Below, one piece after another: positions 39,372-54,398 of a DNA stretch of 64,000 bases. Both the position numbers and the translations under genes were made by a program. The notes beneath the pieces were generated by a model. It was not told the origin of the DNA and did not search any database. It was given only the letters and a program-made list of their open reading frames with translations. The stretch spans positions 1,824,001 to 1,888,000 of the forward strand of contig CM000151.3 in the NCBI GenBank assembly GCA_000004695.1, read 5' to 3'. How positions within the stretch are numbered: the first letter of the stretch is position 1; every line of letters begins with the position of its first letter. Source of the stretch: Dictyostelium discoideum. Taxonomy: Eukaryota.

Positions 39372-39482
39372 AAAATTTTAATTTTATTAACACAATTTTT
39401 CTTTTTTTTCTTTTTTTTCTCACAAATGATTCATGAATATTATTTAAAGGTATAAAAAGAAAAACAAATAAATAAATAATAA

Positions 39483-40072
39483 ATGAGTCATTTTCAAAAT
39501 AATCCTTTTTCAAATAATAGTAGAGGAAGTTCAGGTAGTTATGGTAGTTTAAATAATAATTATAATAATAATAATAATAACAGAAGGACTATCATTCAAA
39601 ATGGACAAGTTAGACAAATAAATACAACACATAGAAGTAATGAACCAAAGGATGATGTAGATATACAATTTCTTACATTTTTTACAGTTGATAGTTTTAA
39701 AAGAATGGGAAAAAATTATTGGAAATTATTAGTAAAAGTGCTACTTTGGATGGCAATTCAATATTATTTCATTAAAATAGAATTTGGTGCAGTTTTTTTT
39801 GTTTTTTCTTGTTTTGCATTAATATTATTGAATCTTGGTAAAAGAGATAAAGTAAGTTTAATTTAAGGATATCCTGCGTATATATATTTATTTATTTTTT
39901 TATTTTTTTATTTTTCATTTTTTTTTTAAAAATCATAACTAATTATATTTAATAACTATTTATATAGAATTCATTAAGTGCATACAATGTTTTCAATAAA
40001 AACTTTGAAAATATTTTATTAAGTAAGAGTAAAGAAAGTTTGGAAAGGGATTTAGGTAGAAATACGATGTAA
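39483..40072 (+). CDS. SAYSvFN-domain protein, 2 exons (39483..39851; 39968..40072), ~157 aa
   Basis: Exon 1 ends GKRDK|GTAAGT. Exon 2 begins NSLSAYNVFNKNFENILL, which carries the eponymous SAYSvFN motif. Hydrophobic helices precede it (LLWMAIQYYFIKIEFGAVFFVFSCFALILLNLG). Confidence 0.75.
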
Positions 40073-40112
40073 AATTGAAATGGTTTATAAATAAAGCTTT
40101 AATAACCCATTC

Positions 40113-40157
<45 letters not shown>

Positions 40158-40275
40158 AACTTTATATTCAGATGCACACTATTAATAGTAAAAGCAAAAA
40201 ATAAATAGGAATAATTTAATATATATGTATTATTTCATTTATTTATTTATTCATTAAGATTATAGGTAATTGATA

Positions 40276-40901
40276 ATGTTTTATGATAATATAAAATATT
40301 ACCAATATTCATTTAGGGAAGGATTTTGTAGTGGAAATGGAATAAATAAAATAAGTTGCATTTTTGGTAGTAGTATATTTGATGGTGTGGGTGGCATTGG
40401 TAGAAATGGAGATGATAATGGTGGTGGTGGTGGTAGAGTATTAAGAAGAAGAAGGGATAATAATGATATTAATAGAATTATTGGTGATGGTGGTGGTGGT
40501 GATGGTGATTTAATTTTAAATGAAGAGGATGAATTTATTGATGAAGTGGATATTATGTGTATTAACTTTTTTAATTTAAAAAATTTTAAAAAGTTAATAA
40601 AACATAATATTCATTTTATCATTAGATTTTTTGCTTTAATAATATTACAGTATTTATTTGTTAAATTTTTTGGTCCAGTTTGTTTTGTTTTTACTAGTTT
40701 TTTTTTAATATTTAATAATCTTGGAAAAAAAAAATCAAAGGTAAAAAAAAACAAAAAAAAAAAAAAAAAGTTTTGTTTAGAAAATCTAATTAAAAAAATT
40801 ATTATTAATAACAGGATGAAATTAGTGCATATAGTGTTTTTAATAAAAATCATTCAAATCTTGTCAAAGGGCCAAATTTGATTGCCATAAATTTTGTTTA
40901 A
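40276..40901 (+). CDS. SAYSvFN-domain protein, tandem paralog, 2 exons (40276..40740; 40815..40901), ~183 aa
   Basis: The real ATG is at 40276; the track start is TTG. The donor is AAG|GTAAAA. Exon 2 begins DEISAYSVFNKNHSNLVKG. It has the same architecture as the upstream paralog and a G/D-rich N-terminus. Confidence 0.75.
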
Positions 40902-41231
40902 CATTAAAAATTGGGACACTCAAATTATATAAAAAAAAAAAATGAAAAAAGGTGAAAATAAAAAATTCTTTTTTTAAACCTTTTTTTTTTTTTTTTTGTG
41001 GTTTTTAAAAACAGATATTTTTTTCAATTGTTTTTTTTTTTTTTTTTTTTAATTTCAAATTAAAAATGATTTTTAATTTTTTAATTTTTTAATATTTTAA
41101 TTTTTTTTCATTTATTTATATTAAAATATTTTCATTTATATAATTTGTATTTATTTAAATGTATTATAATTTATAAATATATAATTTTAATTAAGTAATA
41201 ACAATTAATAATAATAATAATAATAGTAATA

Positions 41232-41334
41232 ATGTTAATATTTATAATATCAATAATAATTACTATTGCCTCAATAATATTTTTATTTGAAACTGTATTT
41301 AATAAAAATAGTAATACTATAAATAATAATAATA

Positions 41335-41395
<61 letters not shown>

Positions 41396-41588
41396 TAATA
41401 TAAAAGAAAACAACATAGACAAAAATAAAGAAATTAAAATAAAAGAAAAATTAATTTTAAATAATAATGACCCAAAAGAGAACGATTTAAAATATAAAGA
41501 AGAATTTAATAATTTTTTAAATAAATTTTCAAAAAATCAAGAATATGGTTATAAAGATAATTTAATTGATAATGAATTAAGAAATCAT

Positions 41589-41636
<48 letters not shown>

Positions 41637-44255
41637 GATGATCAATTTCCAAAATTAAAAGACATAGTTTATTTAGATCATGCAGCGAGTACATTAGCAT
41701 CAATGAATCAAATTGAAGAGATATCAAAAGAGTTAAAGAATTCAATGTTTTGTAATCCACATAGTGTTAATCCAATTGGACTAAAAACCAAAGAAGAGGT
41801 TGATTCAATTAGAGAGAACATATTAAACTATTTCAATGCACCCTATAGACAATATAGTGTAATATTTACAAGTGGTTGTACTGATAGTTTAAAAAAAGTT
41901 GGTGAATATTTTGCATGGACTAAAAATAGTAAATTCTATTATTCATTAGAATCTCATAATTCATTATTGGGTATAAGAGAATATGCATGTGAATCAATTG
42001 GTGGAAGTTCAACCACCTCATTTCAACCAATACCCTCATTATATTTTAAATGTAATAATAATCAATTTAACGATATTTTAGAGATTATTGGTAATAATGA
42101 TGATAATAATAATGAATCATATAGTTTATTTGGATATCCAGGACAATGTAATTATTCAGGTACGAAATATCCATTAGAATTAATAAATAGAATTCAAAAG
42201 AAGTATCCAAAATGTAAGGTGTTACTTGATGCAGCGAGTTTAGTATCAACATCATCATTTGATTTAACAAAGTATCCAGTTGATTTTATGACAATTTCAT
42301 TCTATAAAATGTTTGGTTATCCAACTGGTATTGGCGCATTAATTGTAAAGAATGATAGTGGTGAGAAATGTTTAATCAATAAAAAGTATTTTAGTGGTGG
42401 TACAGTTAATGTTTCAATGGCACAGGAAAGATTTCATGTTGATAGACCCTCATTAAGTGAAAGATTAGAAGATGGTACTATTAATTTCATGAATATAATT
42501 TCATTAAAACATGGTTTCAATATTATAAATAATCAATTAGGTGGTATTGATAATGTTAAATTACACACATTTTCATTGACTCAATATTGTAAAGAGGAAA
42601 TGTTGAAATTGTATCATAGTGATAATTCAAAACAACAACAACTTTGTATAATCTATTCAGATAATCATTTTAAAGATTCAAGTAAACAAGGTTCAATTAT
42701 TAATTTCAATATATTTAGATCAAATGGTGAATTATTTGGATATAATCAAGTTGAAAAGTTAGCATCATTATCATCGATTTATTTAAGAACTGGTTGTTTT
42801 TGTAATCCTGGTGCATGTCATGGTTATTTAAATCTATCAAAAAAAGATATTGAACAACATTTAAAAGATGGTCATGTTTGTTGGGATTCAAAAGATATAT
42901 TAAATGGTAAACCAACTGGTTCAGTTAGAATCTCATTTGGTTATATGAATAATTTTAATGATGTTTATAAATTCATTAATTTCTTAAAATCAAATTTTAT
43001 AAATGATCATAAATTTGAAAAAGAAGTTATAAAATCAAATAAAAAAATTAATAATAATCTTTGTGATATTAGTGATAATATTAGTTGTAGTGGAAGTTGT
43101 GGTGGAAGTTGTGGTAGTAGTGGAAGTGGTATTGAGGATTACCAAGTTCAATATAGTAATAATATAAAAGAAGAAAAAGAAGAAGAAGAAAAAGAAGAAA
43201 TTGAAAATTTAAAAAATGAAAAAGATAATGATGAAGTTTTATTATCAGAAATTTATATTTATCCAGTTAAATCATGTTCAGGACATAAAGTTGTAAATGA
43301 TAAATGGGAATTAGTACCATCAGGATTAAAATATGATAGAGAGTGGACAATTATTGATCAAAGTGGAAATTATATAAATCAAAAAAAGTTACCAATTTTA
43401 GCATTAATTCAAACTGAAATCGATTTAATTAATGATAAATTAATTTTAACAGCACCAGAGATGAAAGTTTTATCAATACCATTATCTTATTATCCAATAT
43501 CTGCTTTTGATCAAATTCAAGTTTGTGGTGATAAAGTTGATGGTTTATTATATGGAGATAAAGATTTCTCAAATACTAGTGGTAGTAGTGCTGGTAGTGG
43601 TGGTGGTGGTGGAGGTAATATTGATAATATTAGTGAATGGTTATATCAATTTATAGGTAAAAGATGTTATTTAGTTAGAAAATCACCAGAATCACATAGA
43701 AAATCAAAAGTTGACTCATCAAATGAAATTTCATTTGCAAATGAATCACCATATCTTTTAATTAATGAAGAGAGTGTATCAGATTTAAAAAAGAGAATTA
43801 TAAAGGATAACCCTGATAGCGTACCTTCTGATTGGAATTGGATAAGTAAACATAGTTTTAGAGCAAACTTTATCATCACTGGTGGTAAGGCTTATCAAGA
43901 AGATCTATGGTCACAATTTCAATTAATTAGTAAACAACAAAATGATACCACTCAATCATCATCGTCACCGTTAGTATTTAATTCAGTTGGTGATTGCAAT
44001 AGATGTAAAATGATATGTATTAATCAAAAGATGGGTATTGAAGAAAGAGAGCCATTATCAACTTTAGCATCCTATAGAAGATCAGGTGGTAAAATTATAT
44101 TTGGCCAACATTTAAATTTTGCTGATTCAATCAAAAGAAATAATTCTCATACAAATGATACAGCTTTAAGTAGTAATGAATCTTCAATCTCATCTTCAAA
44201 TCCAATATTTTTACATGTTCCAAGTAAATTAAAAGTTTTATCAGAGAGATATTAA
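41232..44255 (+). CDS. mocos: molybdenum cofactor sulfurase (MOCOS/ABA3/HxB type): NifS-like class V aminotransferase domain plus C-terminal MOSC domain, 1007 aa
   Basis: The NifS-like region reads [11 protein letters not shown] ... CNPHS ... [17 protein letters not shown]. The MOSC_N beta-barrel motif is [12 protein letters not shown], followed by the MOSC domain. The unusual N-terminus is a hydrophobic segment ([23 protein letters not shown]) followed by poly-N. Confidence 0.85.
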
Positions 44256-44896
44256 TAAAAATTGTGATATTGTAATTTCAAAAATAATTACATTTATTTG
44301 GTTTTTTTTTATTATTTTTATTATTTTTATTATTATTATTATTATTGATCTGAAGTTTCAAAAGTAATTCCAAAAAAAAAAAAATAAAATAAAATAAAAT
44401 AAAATAAAATAAAAAAAAAAAAATAAAAAAAACAATAAATCTTTAATTCTATGTACAATTTTAATTACAACTGATTTTTGATATTATTTTTTAACTGGGG
44501 TTTCTTGAACAATTGCTCTTTTCTTGATTTGTTTTAAATTGAAAGGTTCTTTTGTTTTGATATCTAATTTTATTTCTTTTCCCTCAGTCGAATTGATTGA
44601 TAAAGGTACGACAAATCTTGTTTGTATATAAACTTATATTTTACAATTTTTTTTTTATAATTATTAAATAGTTGGATATATAAAAGATTGAAGTGCAAAA
44701 TTATTATTAAAAAAAAAAGATAATAAAACTTTTTAGGTCAAAGAAAAAAAAAAAAAAAAAAAAAAAATTTATAAAAATTTAATGAATCATTACAAAACAT
44801 CTGTCTGGACAACAAAATTGACCGATTTTAATTTAGTGAGAACCTTTTGTTTTATTTTCAATAATTTCTTTTTTTTAAAATTATATAATTATTCAC

Positions 44897-44935
44897 TTAA
44901 TTAATTAATTAATTAATTAATTAATTAATTAATTA
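44897..44935. repeat. (TTAA)n microsatellite
   Basis: ttaattaattaattaattaattaattaattaatt is seen directly, upstream of gene 45111. Confidence 0.7.
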
Positions 44936-44983
44936 TTTAATAAAAAAATTATTTAATTAATTATTTAATATTTAAATTTTTTA

Positions 44984-45035
<52 letters not shown>

Positions 45036-45110
45036 CACTTCCCAAAATTTTTTATTTTTTTTCTTTTTTTTTTATCAATTTTTTTTTTTTTTAATAATAT
45101 ATTTTTATAA

Positions 45111-49250
<4,140 letters not shown>

Positions 49251-49626
49251 TAAAAATTAAATAAAAAAAAAAAATAAAAAAATTAAAAATTAAAAAATCT
49301 AAAAATAAAAAAAAAAAAAAACTCCATCTTTTAAAACACCAAAAGATTTCGTCAAAGATATTTTTTTTTTTTTTTTTTTCGTGCAATCTTAAGTCAAAAC
49401 ACCCAATAATTTTATTTTTAATATTTTATATGTAACTTTCAAATTTTTTTTTTTTTTGAAAAAAAAAAAAAAAATAAAAATAAAAAAAAAAAAATAATAA
49501 ACAAAAAAAAAAATAAATAAAAAATATTGGGCTCGAAATCAAACTTTACTCGAAAAACATTTCACTAAGTCGAAAATTATCCTATCTTACTCTGAATTTA
49601 ATTTTTTTAAAACAAAAATTAAAAAG

Positions 49627-49657
<31 letters not shown>

Positions 49658-49660
<3 letters not shown>

Positions 49661-50892
49661 TTTGGCTCGAAATCGAACTTTATTTTATTAATAATAACAA
49701 CATTAATTTGTATTTCATTGACTCACTGTAAATCATTCACACCTTCGTTACTATCCTCTTCTTCATCATCATTTTCTTCTTCTTCTTCTTCAAAAAATAA
49801 ATATTTATATTCAATTTCAAGTGTAAACCCAAATATAGAATCAGGTCAAATTGTTTTAGTTATAGACCCATTAACAAATGAAGTTATTAAAAATAAAACA
49901 GTTTATATACCCTATCGTATAATAGATTTATTAGATGTTGATGAGAGTTCAAATAGTGTAAATTTTATTTTTTTTTATTTTTATTTTTTTTTATTTTTTT
50001 ACTTCTCAAAAATTTTACTGACCTTATTTTTTTTTTATTTTTTTATTTTTTTTTTTAGTTATTATTTTTTTGTTTAATTAATGATGCAAAAAATTTATTA
50101 TTATCATTAAATTTAGATACATTTGAATTTAAAGAGATTGGTGGAACTTATGGTGGATGGGATTATACATATGCTAGACAACCTTATATCTTTGTAAATG
50201 ATAATGTATTCTTACCAGCGAAATTATCATTTTATAATGCTACAGGTTTAACAGTACTTCATTGGGATTTCACAGATAAGAATTCAAAGGGTGGATCATT
50301 TAAAGTCATTGAGATTCCAATCGATGATTTCGATGTAGAATCTGGAATTCCATCAATGGGTGGATACGATTATGTGAATGATTTATTATATGTAACTTAT
50401 CAATCTTTAAATGACCTTTCAGAGAATAACTCAACATCAATTGTTTGCTTTAACCCATTCTCAAGTGACACAAATTCAACTCATAAAATTCATACTGGTA
50501 TTACCGATTTAATTCCAGGTTATATTCATTTACTTTTCACTGATCAAAATGAAGGTGGTTCTCTTTATGCTCTTTCAAAATCATTCAATACTCAAAGTTC
50601 AATTGAAGTTTGTAAAATCAATTTCCAAACTAATAATTGTGATCAAATTTTATCAAAAGAAATGGGTGCCTATTATAATAGTTTCGATTATAGACCTTAT
50701 TTCATTGGTGGTCCCCAAAATTCTGATTTAATCCTTTTGGAATTCACTGAAAAAAATGCAAAACCTTTTATAAACTTTCAATCTGTAAATTTATTAACTT
50801 GGAATGAATCTTCTCCAACTTTACTTTCAAATTATTGGACCTCAACTTTTGGTCCAACTTATTTAACTTTTACTTTTTTCGCTTATATTTAA
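49658..50892 (+). CDS. two-exon gene (49658..49957; 50059..50892) for a ~377-aa secreted Ser-rich protein of unknown function
   Basis: The signal peptide is MFGSKSNFILLIITTLICISLTHC. The donor is AGT|GTAAAT at 49958 and the acceptor (T)nAG at 50057-58, both phase 0. Exon 2 is in frame with track ORF 50356..50892 (..FEFKEIGGTYGGWDYTYARQPYIFVNDNVFLPAK..). Confidence 0.65.
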
Positions 50893-51233
50893 AATAATAA
50901 CAATAATAATAATTATATAAATAAAACAAAAAAACAAAAAATAAAAAACCACCAAATTTATTTATATGTTTAAAAAATAAAAAAAACTCTTTTTTTAATT
51001 ATCTTTTATAATATTTTAAATTTAAATTAAAAAGTAAAAACAATTTTTTATTTATTTATTTTAATTTTTTTTTTTAGAAATATATATTTTACAGTTTTTT
51101 TTTTTTTTTTTTTTTATTTATTTTTTTTGTTTTTTTTGTTTTTTTTTTTTTGTTTAGTTCATAATACAGTTTTAATTGTATATATGTAATAATACTATAT
51201 ATAATCTATTTGATTTCTTGATAGCTAAACTAT

Positions 51234-51548
51234 TTAAAAGAAGTGACCATGGTGATGACCGTGGTGGTGACCGTGGTGGTGATGGTGACCAGTTTCATAG
51301 ACGACTGTGGTAGTTGGATAAACCATTGGTTGTGGGACCATAACTGGAGCGCCCATCATTGGTGGTGGGACCATAACTGGAGCACCCATCATTGGTGGTT
51401 GACCGTAGATTGGCATTGGTTGAACCATTGGTTGGACCATTGGTTGGACCATTGGGACGACTGGAGCACCATAAACGCCGGTGGTGTAGGTAATGGTATC
51501 ATGATGGTGATGACCGTGATGACCGTGATGATGATGATGATGACCCAT
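51234..51548 (-). CDS. small histidine-rich protein (104 aa): HGHH-repeat termini flanking a P/V/Q/M-rich core; family member 1 of 3 in the window
   Basis: MGHHHHHHGHHGHHHHDTITYTTG...VQPMVQPMVQPMPIYGQPPMMGAPVMVPPP...ETGHHHHHGHHHGHHHGHFF. It has an ATG start and a compact non-AT-rich ORF. Confidence 0.7.
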   Translation of the reverse strand: MGHHHHHHGHHGHHHHDTITYTTGVYGAPVVPMVQPMVQPMVQPMPIYGQPPMMGAPVMVPPPMMGAPVMVPQPMVYPTTTVVYETGHHHHHGHHHGHHHGHFF

Positions 51549-52170
51549 TTTGTATATATTTATATGTGTAAAATTTTATTTGTTTAAATAATGTGAAAGA
51601 AAAAAAAAAAAATTGAAAAAAAAAAAAAAATTGTTTTTATATTTATTTTATTTTTTTTTTATTTTTTCTATTTTTTTTTGAGAAATTAAAAAAAAAAAAA
51701 ATAAAAAAAAATAAAAAAAAAAAAATATTTTTAACGCCCTTAGCGATCTCTTGTTTTTTCTGGTGACTTGTAAAATTAAACAAAAAATAAAACTTATCTT
51801 TATTTTTCATTATTTTTTATTTTTTTTCCCATATTTTTTAAAAATAATTCGAAAAAAATAATTATTACATATTATAATAATATGTAGTAAAAAGAAAAAA
51901 AAAAAAAAAAAAAATTGATGTTTTTTAAAAAGTGGTAAAATTTTGTGTGGTTTGAATTATTACCACTTTTAAAATAAAAATAAACTTAAATTTAGTTTTT
52001 ATTTTTCAAATAATAAAATAAAATGAAATAAAATAAAATGAAAAAAACAATAAAATAAATAATAAAATTATAAAGGTAATTTTAGATGCAATATAAAATT
52101 TATTTTATTTTAATACATTTTATTACATTATATTTTAATTTATTATTTGTTTTATTTTATTATTTTTTTT

Positions 52171-52422
52171 TTAATTACTTTCAATATTATGATATCCTCC
52201 ATTGCCATTAATTTTTTTGATGGATTTACTAAATTCAATATTTAATGTTAGATTTGAAAATTCATAAAAGAATGTCACCATATATGCAAATATAGATAAT
52301 GCCGACATAATTTCAAAAATTGCTGCCAAGTTATCGATAAAAAATTGTGTAATAATATCTTAAATAAAAAATAAAATTAAATATTAATATATTTATATAA
52401 AAAAAAGAAAAGAGAAAACAGG

Positions 52423-52466
<44 letters not shown>

Positions 52467-53131
52467 AATATAAAAATTAAAACTTACAACCAATAAATAA
52501 ACAAGATATACAAATTAATATTTTTCTAATTATTAAAACTTTCAAAGGAATATCACTTGAATTTTTAATATCTAGTATAGTTTGAGTTAATAAATAAATA
52601 AAACCACATAAAAAAAACAATGCTGCAAAGATAACATGAACAAGGTTTGCGTTATGAAATTGAAAAGATGATACACCATGCATTGATAAACCACTAATGA
52701 ATCCCATTGATGTTGAAAATCTATTGAATCTTAATTCTTTTTTCTCTTTTTTATCATCAAAATATTCCTTTTCAATTATATTATTCTTTATAATTAAATG
52801 TTTAATAAATACCACAATAATCATTAAAAATGCTATAATTGATAATCCAAATGTTCCAATACAACTTTCTTTTTTTTTTTTTAAAAAAAATAAAAAAAAA
52901 AACAATTAGAATTTTTGTTTAATGATAACTCAATGATTAAATTATATTTCATTTATATATATACATACCTGGGGCAAAATCGATTGTATCACTTATATAT
53001 GGAATAATTTGATCATCATCTCCACGTACTTCAGTTATAGCATATGTGGTGATGAATGTAATCGGAACAATTAAAGATATTATACATAATATATAAAAAG
53101 GTTTTATTTGTGTAGTTTTTGATGAAATCAT
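52171..53131 (-). CDS. DRAM/Frag1/TMEM150-family multi-pass membrane protein, 3 exons (53131..52969; 52868..52488; 52358..52171), ~243 aa
   Basis: The family-diagnostic N-terminal motif IIPYISDTIDFAPG (PYISDTG-like) follows TM1. Donors are GTATGT and GTAAGT, acceptors (A)nAG and TTTAAG, and both introns are phase 1. Hydrophobic segments run throughout. Confidence 0.75.
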
Positions 53132-53261
53132 GAAAAAAAAAAAATAATTAATTAAGCATTTGAAAAAAAAAAAAAAAAATTAACTAAAAAAAAAAAAAAT
53201 TGAAACAGAGTTCCACCTTTTCAACAAATTTTGAAAAAAAAAAAAAAAAATTAAAATCCAA

Positions 53262-53410
53262 TTCCACCGAGTATTATTTAATTATTTAATTATTTAATTA
53301 ATTATTCTGGTAATTCAAATAAAAATTAAAATACAATTACACCGAGTATTATTTAATTATTTAATTATTTAATTGTTTATTCTGGTAATTCAAATAAAAA
53401 TACAATTGAT
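53262..53410. repeat. tandem duplication of a ~72-bp unit (ccaccgagtattatttaattatttaattatttaatt...ctggtaattcaaataaaaat...acaatt)
   Basis: Two adjacent near-identical copies are seen directly. Confidence 0.7.
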
Positions 53411-54091
53411 GATGACAAACCAATAATGAAATCAAAAATGAATCCAAAAAGAATAATATAAATTTTATTTTATTTATAATTTTATTCTCAAACAATTTTA
53501 ATTATTTAGATTAATCTATTATTTTAGATCTAAAATAAAAATAACATTCCCACCAAAAACAATGATTGAGTATGTATAAAAATGATTATTTTGAGTGGAT
53601 TTGTGTTTAAAATATAATATAATAAATTTTGTACTTGTTTTTAATAATCATTTTTAAAAAATATATTTTTTTTTTTCTTTTATTATATTATTATTTATTT
53701 TTTTAATATTTTTTTTATTTTTTAATTTTTTATATAATAATAAATATTTTTGTTTTTTTTATTAAGTGTGTGATTGGGAATTTAAATTATAATTTAAATT
53801 ATATATAAATTAAAAATATAAACACTTCTCATAAACTACTTTTTATGGCAATGGGTGAAAAAAAAAAATAATATTCATTTAATTAAAAAAAAACACACCC
53901 TAAAAAAGTTTAATATGAATAAATAGTATTTCAATATGATGAAAGAAACATCGAGTGGTGAGTGTGGTAAACTTAACACAGTGTTTAATAAACATGATGA
54001 GAAATATTGAAAATCATACAACAAAACTGATAAATTACTAGGATGTGTGAGTGTGTTGAAAAACATTTTCAATAAATAATGTGATTATTTT

Positions 54092-54127
54092 TTAATTCAA
54101 TATTGAAGCATTACCTTATTATTATTA

Positions 54128-54158
<31 letters not shown>

Positions 54159-54290
54159 CAATATTGAAGCATTACCTTATTATTATTATTTTTTTTTTTT
54201 TTATTTATAATTTTTTTTTATTTATTCCTAATCATAACACTATAAATATTTATATTTTTTTTATTATTGAAGCTTTACATTATTATTTTA
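54092..54290. repeat. direct repeats of ~45 bp (ttaattcaatattgaagcattaccttattattattatttttt): two good copies plus a degenerate third
   Basis: Seen directly at ~54092, ~54153 and ~54262. Confidence 0.6.
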
Positions 54291-54398
54291 AATATATTTT
54301 TTTTTAATTGATTTTTATTTTAAATCATAAACATTAATAATAAATTAATAAACACATTCTCAAAAAAAAAAAATTTTAATATTAAAAAAAAATCAAAA

